A DNA stretch of 64,000 nucleotides from Vicugna vicugna (taxonomy: Eukaryota): assembly GCA_013265495.1 (NCBI GenBank), contig MU058213.1, positions 2,170,001 to 2,234,000 of the forward strand, written 5' to 3'. The translations under genes and the position numbers were made by a program. The notes below the pieces were generated by a model. It was given only the letters and a program-made list of their open reading frames with translations, did no database searches and was not told the origin of the DNA. Positions 26,401 through 39,843 of the stretch are shown in pieces. Positions within the stretch are counted from its first letter, which is position 1. Every line of letters starts with the position of its first letter.

Positions 26401-29400
26401 ACTGACAGTTTCCAACTACTGAATACTTACGCAATTCTATAATACTAAATTATTTGCACTGTTCATTTACTGAGGCTGCAGATACTTTCCCATGACATTT
26501 CACCTTTGGTCTTGACCTTTATTTTAGTTTGAGCCTTTATTGTTGTATGCAGCTTGGAAAAAAATATCCTAGCAAGACTATAAATGCATTAAGTCAGTAT
26601 CAGTGTAAACTTTGGCAAGTTACTTAAAATTTCTTCCTCTTCGCTTTTCAACCAGAAAATAATGGCTCCATAAAGGCTATTGCTTCATAGAATTTTCATG
26701 GAGATTAAATAAAATAATATATATTAAGTATCCAAAGAATGCTAGCTACTCTTAATTGTAGTTCTGTTCATTTTGTTCACTATCTGGGATATAAAAGGTG
26801 GCTGCTCAGTAAATTTGTCTGCTTTTGTATTTAATTTGAATTCTATAATATCAGATGTTAAAGGAAAAGACTAGTAAGGGAAGGAGAGAGACGGGTGTAC
26901 AAAGCAGGAAATAACAACAAGAAACAAGTAAAGTCAGAAGGAAAAACTCAAACCTCTACTGTGACTTAAGACAGTAATCACCTCAGCAATTACATTTAGA
27001 ACAAATTGGAATAACTTTGGACACACAATTTTTTTTTAAATCAAGGGCCTCGAGATTCTAATATTCTTACGTGTGTTTTCCGTGGTATCAAAAGTCAGCA
27101 AATATTTGTGATTTTCTGTATTTCAGCAAATGAGGGTTCTGTGAAGAGTCTACCACTGTAAAGTGGTCCTGGGACCAAGAAGAGAGACTAGAAATGACCA
27201 GCGACTGGGATTTGTTGTCACTGTTCAGAGGTCTGACTTTAGGAGGCACTCACTAACTCTATGGTGCAAGTCAGGGTCTAGTATTCGTGCAGCTCATGGA
27301 CACAACTTCTGAAAGGCAGGAGTGAGCTTCAAGAGAGGTGGAAGATGAACAGTTAACACAGGGGAGCTGCCTGCCTACCTTTACCTAGGTCAGCACCTCG
27401 TCACATTATTGGTCCGAGTCAACTCCCCAAGATGTTTGTCTGCCTGGTCTTGATCAGGTGTTCAGAGACTAAGTACTACTTTTCCAATTTGGTATTTCTA
27501 GTAACAGTACTTTCCTCATTGGCTCTATGTCCCATTTCCTCCTTCACTTCCTTTTATCTTAATCTTCCCTTTTTAACTTCAGCTGATAATCTAGCATGTG
27601 GTCTGCCTCTCTCTTGTTTAGTCCTGCAGGACACCCAACTTGTGTCACATTATTGATCTTTACCATCCTGGCTTCTGCTTTACAACATCTAGCTCCCAGT
27701 GGATTATTCAGCAATAGCCATAATTACGTGAAGAAATTCAGGGAATTCCCAATGGCCTTTTTCAGTTTTTTAGATGGAATTCTTAGAGCATCTGCTTATT
27801 CCAAGATAGGAGGCAGTGTGACTGATTATAGATAGCTGTTTTTCCCTGCAGCATTTCATACTGGAGAAAAATTTCCCAAAAAAGAGTAAATGAGGAATCT
27901 GAGCAAATTTGCCTTTAGTTCTTTGTTTGATCTTGAAATCTCTGAATTTCTCAATAATGATGGTAAGAGGAGGGAATGTCAATTAGGAGGGGCAAAGCAA
28001 GGCCGACTCAGAATTTATGGAGAGAAAACCTGAGCCTGGCATTTTAAGTTTTCCTTGTGAGTTTCTAGATTTTATATTGCCTTCCTTTTAAGACACTTGA
28101 CACTATAACCCTTGACTAATTTCTTTCACGGTTGGTTCCAGTTGTCTGCCCTTCCGGCCCTACCCACAAGCTGTTATTTGCTGATTTCTGTGTTTGTAAT
28201 ATAATACTTTCTTCATTAGAATGAAGAAATTGTTTCTTAGAATGCAGAAAATTAAAAAAACCCACAAGATGTGACATAAATTTCAAATGTCAAATGTAAT
28301 TAGAATTATCTCTCAATATGATTTTAAAAATTTATGAGTACCAAGAAAGTACTCGTCAAAATACTTACAATTTCTGGATGCCTGTTTTTAAATTATTTCT
28401 CAGTTAATCCACATTTTGTCTCACTTTTTATTGTGAACTCAAGCTCTTAGTTCAGTTACCTAAAATGCCTAGAGGACAGATGATTTATTGTACTGCTTAA
28501 TAACAGATGAAAATGGACCAAAAAATAAAGCCTGTTTAGATTTTCTTGCAAAAAAAAGTGTTACTATATGTCTGTGAATATTAATGAGTCATAAAACCAA
28601 GCAATCTGGAATCTGATGGAAAGACACTGTGAACTGCTACTTATTAAGAATTCAAACACCAGTGGACAGTTAACTAATTGTTGGCAGTATCTTTAGAACC
28701 AGGATAGATATAATATATTTTTACATGTGATAAGATATCTTAATCTTTAAGCATTGTGTCTACAATATTGTACAATAATGATACATTTTATTATGATGGC
28801 ATGAAAGATTCTGAAGGCTTCCCCTCAGTGTTTTCTATGCTATAAAATGTTAAATTATGTTTATAATGATTGGTCTTTAATACCTTTTAATTATTTGAAA
28901 CTGATAAGTAGGTATGTTGGATGAATAGGCATTTCCTATTTAGTAAAATAACACAATGTCAATGATAAGGGATGGCTGTCTGGATAATTAGAGTCCTATT
29001 TATTTGGCTTGAGAGGCAGTAGAAATGACCTTTGGAAAGTAAGTTAACCTATTTATAGGTTGATTATTAACACCAAGGGAAGTATTATGTCCCAAGATCA
29101 CAGACCTAGTCCCAACACATTATCTTCGTGAGGAAAACAATTGGTCATAAAGAGAAAGAGAAAAGAAATTATTGTCATGCAAAATCCATCTCTTTTCCCT
29201 GAAAAATAATTCAAAGCCAGCACCCTACTGAAGGGAAACCAGAACATCAACTCTATGCATGAAAGAGAGTACATGTTTCATATTTTTGAGTACTAGCAGG
29301 TTTATCTTAATTACATTTTTGCTTAGGTCACTACTGAAGTTAACCTGTGGGTCCTAGCAGGTGGCTGTGGAAGAAGGTGGGGACCGGAGTGTCACAGACA

Positions 29401-31786
29401 ACAATAGAAAGCCAAGCTTGGGTTTGAAACATGTCCAGACAATGTGCATTTCAGAAACCCCAGCACACCGGCGTGACTGTATTTACATTTTGTGTTCTTG
29501 CTGTATGCCTTGGGCTGCCTGAAGGACATCTCCTGTACCTTTCCGATGGAGAGGTGTATATCCTGCCTCTTGGGCTGCTGCCTTTGTCCTAATTAGACAA
29601 GCTAGAAAACACTTGTAGTCTAGGGGTTTCCTTCTGGGTTAATTACAGAGCTGTGAGCAGCTTGTACAGAAGTGAAGCAAGTTCAATTTCAGACAAGATG
29701 TGTCTGTGTGGTTTTAACATGTATTTACCTGTACAGAGGCCAATTGACAGCTTTGGCAACACCTCTCTCCCTCACCATCTAGTCAGGTCTGAGTTTCCAA
29801 TGCCTTTCTTTCTGCTCTTCACTGGATTGTGAGCTCCTTGAAGGCAAGGCTTGTGCCATTTTTCTCCTCACTGAGGAACTGGCAGAATGCTTACATTTGT
29901 TAGTTGCAGGGGAAAAAAGAACTGGTGAAATCGAATGGATCTGATGGGAGGCAATACAGCAGTTTCCTGTGTTTGACACTATTAATTACAAAAGATAATG
30001 CTTAAAAAGAGTTTTTCTTGATATTTCAAAAAAGATGGGGGCAATGGTGTAGATTATGATTATTGATTGGAGAGAATATTCCAGGCAGAGTGAATGCTTA
30101 TGGGTCAAAAGGAAATGACAAAGTCATTGTAAGGGGAAAGCAGCAAGCTTTTTTTGCTGATATTTAAGAAAGCTTTGGGCACTTTGGTAGGCTCCATGGA
30201 AGGAATGTGAAAATGAATAAAAAGACGACCTACTGTCCAAAGGTCTTCTATCCAATGGGTGAGGGAAACATAAACACATTATTATCATACAAGGAGCAAA
30301 TAACGGGGGGTTGCCAAGTAGTGAATGTGAATGTGGGCTAAATATGAACAAGAAATGGAAGGAATGGATTATAAGATCCCCCATTGCAACAGTAGTGGCC
30401 TGATGAGGAGGAAATGCAAGTACGTTGTGTTCAAACGAAGAGTTAAAGAGATGTCTTAGGTTATAGCAGACAATGTATGGTGAGGAGTGGGGCTGTTGGA
30501 AGATCTAAATTTCATGGCATAGGCATGGAGTCACTTTTTGGTAGAAATAGTGGGAAGGAAAGTACTGTTGTTTCTTGACATTGCTACTGAGGTGGTTCTC
30601 CCTGGTCATTCTGATCTCACAGAGAGCAGGAGCTTCTGTTATTTTGTTCACCATTATGTCCTCAAAACCTAGTACAGGTCACCATGCATAGCTAGGTTCC
30701 ATAAATATTTGTTGGGTATATGAATAAAGTGCTGATATCTCCATACTGTCAGTATTTTCAAAAGTTTTGTGTTCAAATCCAGACTTCTAACTAGTTAGAT
30801 TCCTCTTGAATATGTCTTTTACTTCTTCATCCTCACTAGTTACCTATTCTGTTGGAGCACCATGCAGTTACTGGGGGTTAAAAAGAATTGTCTTTCAAGG
30901 AAGGAGCTTGGAGTCATATTAGGGAGAGAAGACCCAGGCAGGTGCCATGCTTGGTGTGAGTAGAACATTAGAGGATACACTGAGCTGTTTCTCTCATGTC
31001 TGCATATTGTTCAGTATCCTGGAATCTGTTAAAAAAAATACGTTCCCTTCAAATTGTGATCAGATATTTCTTACCTGAACACTATGGCTCAATTTATATT
31101 CATCAATGAAAGAAAGGTTATGCAACCTCAATTACAATCTTGGAGAACTGTCAACAAATTCTGATTAACAAGTACTGCTTAATTGTTAAACAAAAATTAG
31201 GCAATCTTTCTTAGTTTCTTCCTGAAATAATAGCCTGGTAAGAAAATCGGGGATATGAATGAATGAATGAATAAATGATTAGTCCAAAAAATTCCTTAAG
31301 AAAACAAGGCAGGGCAGTGGTCTTAAATCAAAACTGTAATTCCTCATGCTTCATGCTCATCCTATAATTCCTTTTGCCATTAAATCTATAGATTTCTTCT
31401 TGGCAAACATAGGATTTGTGTTTTGTTTATTATGCCATGTAAAACCTGTTTTCTTTTCCTTTTTCTTTTTCTTTTTTCTGTTGAATACAAACATAACCCA
31501 AATACAAACCAGAGAGAGAATTACTTCTGACTATGTATTCAGGTGTTTCTTAACTAATAAATCATTTGGTTTCCAAAATATCTGTCTGTTAATATCAGTG
31601 TTAAAGTCTCTAGGAAACTAGCTTTTTGTTTTCTGGAAGACTGTACTAAGTATCTTTGTAAGTGAACTATCAATCCATTGATTTACCTGCCTTTAAGTCC
31701 TAACTTGGTTATACTGATGCATAAATCAACTTTTTTTTTTTTGAAAATGGTGGACAGCATGGTCACTTTGTCCTCTGTTTTTAAAA

Positions 31787-31807
31787 GGAGCTGTCCTAGG
31801 TGCAGAT
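31787..31807 (-). promoter_or_regulatory. Candidate REST/NRSF binding site (RE1/NRSE)
   Basis: Minus strand ATCTGCACCTAGGACAGCTCC vs consensus TTCAGCACCNNGGACAGCGCC, with correct 2-nt spacer and intact GGACAG half. Located in intron 1 of a neuronal gene. Confidence 0.55.
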
Positions 31808-33814
31808 ATAACACCATAGTAGCCTTGCATTTCAGTTTTGGTGGAGAGCTCTGTTAACTGTTATGATATGGAAATTCGGGGAAGAATTGGACTCAAGAGT
31901 CTAAGACTATATTCACATGTTTTTCTTTGATTCTGACCACTATCCCTAAACAGGATAATGAGGTGGGGATTAATTAATCGAGGAAGATCTTATAAAGGGA
32001 GAACAAGCCAGCTTGTCCAAAAGGTAAACAAGCCATGACAACTATACAACAATGAGTATCTCTGCCTGCTCACCTTAACCCAATTCTTCCTTCCTTCCTT
32101 CCTTTCTTTTCTTTTTTAAAAAACATTTTTGCCCATCTTCCTTTTCAAACATATTTGTTTTCTGTCTCATTTCCTTACTTATTTGGAATGTTTTAAATTA
32201 TTCTAAACATACAGGTAATTAGTCCATGTATCCACAGAATAATCTATGAAAGAGAGACTGTGAATAAAGAGCACATAAATAATGGTAGAGCTTTCAAGAG
32301 AACCCAACAAGAGAGTAGGAAGATTAATGCAGAGCAGGAAGATGGGGGACTGTCTGTCTTGCCTTTTGCTGGTCAAGAAATTGGTGACACAACTCTAGCT
32401 TCAGTTGGGATATTCATATTTGTTTATAAAGGACATATTGGAGTCACATCTAAGTGCTATGTAATTTTAAAGTCTTTTTTTTAACTTTTCAGTATTGATA
32501 TATATATATATCTTTCTTACCTCATACCCTCTTCCAAAAATTGTCTTCTTTGTAGTTTTATACTTATTGTGTGATTTAGCTTGAACCTGTAGACAAAAAA
32601 TAGTTTAAAGGAAAATAAACTAGATGTGTTAGGAGTAGCAAAGTAGTCTTTATTTCTTTGGTAAGATTTCAGGGCCATGAAGTTCTTATGTTTGGAAAAA
32701 CAAAAACAAAAACAATACAACCCTTATCCTTCTACCCCCAGAATACTAATGCTTTCATCGTTACTCCAAAAGTCTTCTAAATAGCCAAGAAGAGTAAATA
32801 AGTTAGTTCGCATCAGTTTTTAACATCTGTAGTCATCGGATTCTTTCCTGAAATTGTGGTAGGTTAGGTTAAGACTGGAGGAATTGCATACTAGAGGCCT
32901 TGAGAAAGTGGGAGAGAAAAGGTGAACAAAGGTGAAGCCAAGCTTTTGGGGACCAAATATATACACTTCACAAATGTTGTATTTTAAGAGCTAGGCATTT
33001 CTGCACCACTCATTTCTAAGGCTCTGACCAACTGGCTGAGAGCACCATTAGATGCTGGGAAACCTTTGATTTAGAATAGTGTTCCATATTTGGACACAGC
33101 TGGAACATGAAGAATCTGCCTTGGAGATACAATTTCTAATAAAGATCCATCAAGGATAATTTCTGAAATTCTATACACTATATCAATACAGGGCCTTTTC
33201 AGTAGAATATTTACTACGTTTATATTTAGTGTATTTGGTAGTGTATTTCAATGGATAATCAGTTTAAATTCAAATTTTGTTCTCCTTGACATAAATATGT
33301 ACTTTTTATATTTTTCCAGTTACCTATATAACAAAGCGATACAATGTGAAGGCTCTGAAGTTACATATCCTATATTCAGATGTAGGCACTACCACTTTCT
33401 AGAACTGTGATTTTAGTTAGACAAGATAATAAATAGCAGGTATAGTATAGTACACTTTTTAGAGGATTTTTTCATGATTTAATGAGGTAATTTTTAAGAT
33501 ATTCAGCATAGTGCCTGGAACAGAGCAAGCAAATATTAAATGACAAATTCTCCTATTACTATTCGTTACCCATTAGCTATCTCTGCTACTTACAAAATAT
33601 CGTGAAAATAAAGATAATATATTTTGTAGATGTGGAGTCACATAACCTGAAGACCAAAACTAGGGCATATTCAGGTACAATATGGAAAAGCTGAGAACTG
33701 GTGTTAGTGCCAATCCAGGAACCAAGACTCCCTTCAGTTGAAAGCCATTCCCAGGGGTTGACTCAGGGGATTCATACCTTGGTCCTGAAGGTATCACACT
33801 CTGGCATCCATTGT

Positions 33815-36800
33815 AGTCTGCCCTGCTTGCAGCTCAAACCCACTCGCTTCATATATCAAGTTAACACCATCTGAAATAGCTGGCTGGCATCTTTTCCTGG
33901 GGAAACTTACATGAAGAAAATTACTGGAATGAGCTAGAGACCTTGTGATTGCAACAGCTCTCAAGACCACAGCACCTCATCTTCCTCCTATACCTCCCGT
34001 TTTGGATGTCTCCCACCCATGGCTGACAGTTCTGCTGGTCTAGGTGGCTTACTCCTAGGGTGACCCAGACTCAGTCATTTTGTTGTTCTTATCCATTTAC
34101 CATTAAATTTGGCAGGCAATTATGAAGCGTTTCCTCAGTGGCTTATCTGGGTTCCAAACATGTGTCTCCTTGTTCACGTAGTGTAATTTCAGCCCTACAT
34201 TCTCCTAATACTCAGAGTCAATTCCTTCTGACATAAATTTAAAGTGGTCAGATGAAAATCATATCTTAAGATTTCATGGTACTTTCACTGTGTGTCCTAA
34301 TGGAAACAGTCCCTCTCTGGGAACCAGATGGTCTATAATCTTAGAAAAATAAGTTGTGGGGATGGAAAGTACAAATACTCCAAGTAGGACACTGAGACTG
34401 ATAATAATTAGGGCTGCTCCCTGGTTTTCAGACCTATGTATTCTATCTACTGGGGACCCAAAACCATGTGACGGTCACGGATTTAGAATATATACTTCAT
34501 TCTGAAGAATGGCACCTCATCCCATCAGGATATCAGTTCTAAGCTGGCACTTCAAGTGTGTTTTCAAAGACTATTAAAAAATTATTAGCCTGAAAGTTTC
34601 TGAGTTTTGATGTTGTATGTCATAGAACTAGTGGAGTCTATGGTCATGAGCCCACTGCTGCACAACCACTGCTGTAGGGCAGTCCCCTTGGTCTAAGATG
34701 AAATTATATGGGTGGAAAGGCAGATTTATATCTGGAATTGTATTGATGTTAGTTAAAGTGAAATACTGCCCTTTCCAGAGTAGAAGTTCAATGTGATCAA
34801 TTGCTACCAAGTGGCTAATCGATCATTCTTGAAAGATGTCGTATCAGGTGTTCAGCATTGATCTCTGTTGCTGGTGGGTTGAGCATTCAGCAAGAGCACT
34901 GCTCAGATCAATCTTGGTGAATAAGAACCCATACTGTTGAGTCCATGCATAATCTCCATCTCAGTGATAACTGGTCAAATCATTGTTGGCTTGGTTATTT
35001 ATTGCTACTTCCAGGGTGAATACTCTCTGGTAGACCTTAACATGCAATGCAAAACATCTCACACTTTGAGCTCTTTCCCTCAAATCTGTCTACATGCCTC
35101 TTCTTTAGGTCTCTTTGACCCTGATCTGCTAATTTTTCTTTTTACAGATTTCTGAGAAATTAGGCAAGTGAGTCACCACTTCTCATGAATCCACATCTAT
35201 CCGTTCCCTGGGTCTCTTCTCTTTCCACACAGAGTGGATGATCAGGTAACCTACCCCAGATTCTACCCACTGGGAGGATTTCTCCCAACTGCTATCTTTC
35301 AGCGCCATGTTGAGTGGGACTATGCAGCAGTAGTCCATTTTCATGGCTTACCCACATATTGAGACACCCACATACTAGACAACCTATGTCAACACTAAGT
35401 TCACATTTTTTTTCTTCTTCCCTTAGCCATCAGTAAGGGATATCTTCCAACAAGGAAATGCACACACAGAGAGAGAGAGAGAGAGAGAGACTGAGGGAGA
35501 GGTGCTGGTGCAATAGTAGAGAATGCAGAGGTCTAGGTCTTATGCTCGTGCAGCTTTCTTGTGCCCTGTGACCCTGGTCCTGTCTGATAATACCAGAGAG
35601 ACCATATTCATTTTTCAGTCAGTTACTATTAGATTCACCTGATCTTATGATTGGGTGAGACAGAACTCAGCTCATGATTCAGGCAACGTGGTCAATTGAT
35701 GCCGCATATTCAAGTGCTCTGTGTATATTTGGGCCCTGTTACAGATTGGGAATTAAAAAAAAAATTGTGTGTAGGTCTCCTCTGCAGATGGCTTGACCTT
35801 TCTCCAGAGTCCAGGGGTCAACATTGTGATTATCCTATTGGGGCTTGTCATAAATTCCACAAGGTAACATTTTCACTACAGGTATCTCTTTTCATAGGGT
35901 CTGAGCCATGTCAGCCTTTCATGTAACCAGTGGATGAGTCAGAGTAGTAGTCTCAAGTGTGGATTATATTACTTCCTAAACCTGAAGAGGCAACCGCACT
36001 TTGGATGTGAGAAGCAAGGATTTATTTTTCACTTTGGAGGGAATATCAGGGTATCCTCCTGACTACTTACCCCTGGAAACTACACTGGTGTGAGCCTCTG
36101 AGTCATCATAGGGTCCGTCTTCCTTTGGAACTCATGTGTCTTTTCAAGGCCTTTTTATTCCTCTTCTTGTTACTTTTTGCTCACTAGATTCAATTAACAG
36201 GCTATTATTCATGTAGTGGGCCAGTGCTCTTTAGAATACTAGGGTGGTCTAGGTCCTGGAACATGGTGGGAAAATGGTGGTACATGGTGGGGAAATACAG
36301 CCCTGGGACAAGAGGATCTATTCTTGTCTGCCCCACCTGAATGTGAACTGCTCCTGAACCATTTTCCTGTTGAGGCTGCAGAAGAATAACTCTGACTTGG
36401 CTGATTCAGTGACTGTGTACCATGTATCTGGGGCTACGTTAATCTACTTGAGCAAAGGTACCACGTCTGCACCGCAGCTGCAATTGGAATGACTGCTTTT
36501 TGACTTTGTGGTAATTGACTGTCATCCACTAGGATCTTGGGGGCCAAACTAATGAACTAAATGAGATTGAATTAAATATGGAGATGATGGAGACCATCAC
36601 CCGTACATCATTTAAATCTTTAAGGTTAGTGCTAATCTCTGCATTCTCCAGGATGTGATAATGTTTTTTATTTACTCTCCTGGCCTTCCGCACTATGACA
36701 GCTCTAATTCCACAGGAATCAACGTGAAGATTTTGCCAGCTACCATATATGTTTATTCCAATTACGTATTAAGACTGAAGAAATTATCAGTGAGTAAGTC

Positions 36801-38594
36801 CAGGGACCCACTGGGCACACTGAGAGTCATAGCTGTGCTAAAACTACATTTAGTACCTGCTCTCGTATGCCCCAACTCTTAAAGAGAATTGAGATCACTT
36901 ACTATCAATGTCAGCTCAGACTGTGTCTGAGTACTCAAAATATCTAGCTTTCTCTTTCCCCTCAGTGTGTGGTTATACAAGTAAGTCCCTTTGTTAAAAG
37001 TCTGTGGGAATCATTACCATATTGACTTGTCATACTGGTGGGTTCCAAACCTCATGGAGACCTGGCCTGTCTTTCAGTCATTGGGTCCTGGATTTGAGTA
37101 TTGGATCTGGTCCAGAAACTAGGCGAGAGATTCATCTTCTTACTAGGGAGGCTAGCCTCAATTTTCTAAACACATATTCATTATTTATTTGCTTGTATAA
37201 AGTAAACAGTATCTGTAGAGAGGTGTGCATCTGTCTTACCTCTTGGAACTGCTTTCTGTTAATCATCTCCATAGCTCTCTGTAAGTTTCCTCATGGCTTC
37301 CACTCCAGCGTTACAGCTTATTATGATAGTTGCACCTACCTCGTTTCTGATAGATGCTACTACCTCACCTCAGTTGTTTTGGGATCCTATTATTGCCATT
37401 GTTATTAGAGCATAGCCCTGTAACATCCCTGGCCTATAGAAGGTAGCCGTCACTGAGATACTCAGTGATGCCATTGAGAAATTCACCATTGCATTCCTTA
37501 TCTCATTAATAAATGATATGACCTCCTATGGGACATTTTTGGCTGATGAGTTTCCTGGCTTTTTGTAGTATACCTACCCCAGTGCACCCACTTATTTGAG
37601 ACTTATAAACCCTTTCTCTACTGTGTGCCATACTGTTTCTACTTCGTATAGATCGTAAGGTTTTCCAGGCCTTTAAAAATCAACGTAGTGTTATATTAAT
37701 ACTGTCTCTCATGATCCTCACCAGGTGTTAAATTCAGTGTCATAGAAGATTGCTTCAATAGCAATAAATTCTTTCTTATCTAACTTTGTATACCTCTGCA
37801 TTGATCTTGTACCCCCAGAATCCAGTTCATAAGTACTGTTTCAGTTCCTATATGTTCCTATTGTGTGCATATATATTGGTGAGGTCCTGCAGTTTCTTCA
37901 ATATAATCACTTTCCTCCCTTAAGAGATCCCGCTTTCATTCAGCTCGGTTATTTTGTGACTTTACCCAGTTATTGGTCTGAAGATCCATGGGGCTGTTTT
38001 GGGTAGAGGGTGCAGAGATTTTCTTGCAAGTCTTCAAGCAAGGGTCTCAAAGGATTAAGGGAAATCTGAGGATTTAAGAGTTTTGAGTGAATTAACCCAG
38101 ATGTCTCCATCACATGACTTATAGTCCCATTTTCAAGGCCCCAACCTTGGCACAACCAACCTGCCTAAAGTGAGAATTAAACCTTCTCTGGAGCTCTGCC
38201 ACTTGTATGATTAATTCCTGGCTCACCTTTTTCTGTATTTCCTGCAAGAGGCAGATTCCTGCTGTCTCTACATTGGGCCTTAAATTGGTAATTTATTGCT
38301 CTAAGGTTTTCAGTGTCTTTCCCCACTGCATTAAGAGGCACTATTCCATAGTGCTACTCACGTCCTCAACCTCTCAAATATCTTAAGATGTTGTACATAC
38401 AAATTCATCCCCTTCCACCAGTCCCACAGCCCAGTCCACCACTAGGGAATATTTTGACTGCTACGGTGCCCCAGAGGCTATCAGTTTTCCATATGGGATG
38501 CACCAGTGATTGAGTCCTCATTGCCAGTTCACAGAGAGGATCCAGATAAAATATCTCATTTCAGAGTTACTTCCTCCATGCTCCCTTGATACCA
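33815..38594 (-). mobile_element. Degraded ERVL-class (HERV16/ERV3-16A3-like) internal region with gag/pol remnants
   Basis: Minus-strand RT remnant at ~36395-36530 (WMTVNYHK...VIPIAAAV-DVVPLLK*INVAPDTWY). Integrase remnant in ORF 34628-34810 (IDHIELLLWKGQYFTLTNINT...DQG...VQQWAHDHRLH). PBS-like TGGTATCAAG next to the LTR at 38594. Confidence 0.85.
35461..35490 (+). repeat. (CA)n(GA)n compound microsatellite
   Basis: Direct reading. Confidence 0.9.
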
Positions 38595-38597
38595 ACT

Positions 38598-38972
38598 TTC
38601 TGAAGTCAAATTTCCTGGGAAGCAGACTGTGAAACAGATATAAGTGCAGAGTTTCTTTTGAATTTAATAGAGGGAGAGGCTGAACTACAATGCATTTGCA
38701 ACATAGGCCTCAGCTGGTCCTCCAGGAAGCTCTGATACTAGGATGGCCCTGTATGAAAGCAAGAGGGCTAGGCATTTGAGTACCCACATCAGTTAGTCAT
38801 TGGATGTGGGCTGACCCAGAGGAGGGGGAATTAACTCCTTGGCCTCTGTCCTTCTTGAAGCTGAGTGACTCAGCTCTATGCTTTTGGCAATAAACACAAT
38901 GCTCTTGGCAGTTGAATGGATAACTTAGTCCTCAAGGAGGGATTTGCATGGCACACCACAGCTCTGCCACAC
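38598..38972 (-). mobile_element. ERVL LTR (LTR16-like), 5' LTR of the provirus
   Basis: ttcctgggaagcagactgtga...ggcctcagctggtcctccaggaagctctga...ggagggatttgcatggcacaccacagc, an LTR16-family pattern adjacent to the PBS. Confidence 0.75.
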
Positions 38973-39689
38973 CATCTTTCCATTCCTTCTGAGGTTGGGT
39001 GGTCAGAATGCAAAGGTTATAGTTGAGATTGCGTTGGTTTTAACATCAAGAATATACAGAAAGTGTATGCTCTCTGCAAAAACTCTTCTGTCTATTTCCA
39101 CGACACAGTTTATTCAGAGGACTTTCTCATTGCTCATTTTTTAACCATTAGTTTAAAGTTATATTTTAAGGGTATTAAAAATTAGCAGACTGTTGTTCCT
39201 GGATGTCAAAGATTGTCTCTAATTTCCTGCAGCATTATTCTGAGCCTTCACTTTCTAGTTGTCATCAAGTCCTAAGTAAAGGGTCTGGGCTGAGTCAGGA
39301 AGGGGCAGATAAACATAAGCACAACCAGAGACTGAATCTTAGTGTAATTTTATGGGAGGGAGGAAGGATTCACCTTCATTTGTGAGCAGAGGCTTTCAAA
39401 CACTTGCATAGACAGGCATTGTATATTGTTATGTCTGTGGTTATTTGAGATGTAAACATTTTTGTATTGCCTTCTGAATTTCTTCCTATTTTCTTATTTC
39501 CATTACACCAGCACCTAGGCTTGCCGTAGATCACGTTACCAACTGCTTCTGTTGTGATCACTTACTCCCGGACGCTCTTTGAGGTAAGAGCTAGCTGATG
39601 CTGAGCGTGTATTAGTTTTGAACTGAAGAGGCTCTGCATGCATAATTTAGTATTCCATAATAAAAAATGTAAGAAATTGTTCTTAATTG

Positions 39690-39843
39690 TATTTTTTTAT
39701 TGAAGTATAGTTGATTTACAATGTTAGTTTCAGGTGTACAGCAAAGTGATTCAGTTACACATATACATACATATATATATTTTTTTTTCAGATTCTTTTC
39801 CATTATATGTTGTTAGAAGAAATTGAATGCAGTTCCCTATGCT
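39690..39843 (-). mobile_element. Short lineage L1 3' end
   Basis: tttttattgaagtatagttgatttacaatgttagtttcaggtgtacagcaaagtgattcag, same family as the elements at 1149 and 3264. Confidence 0.85.
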
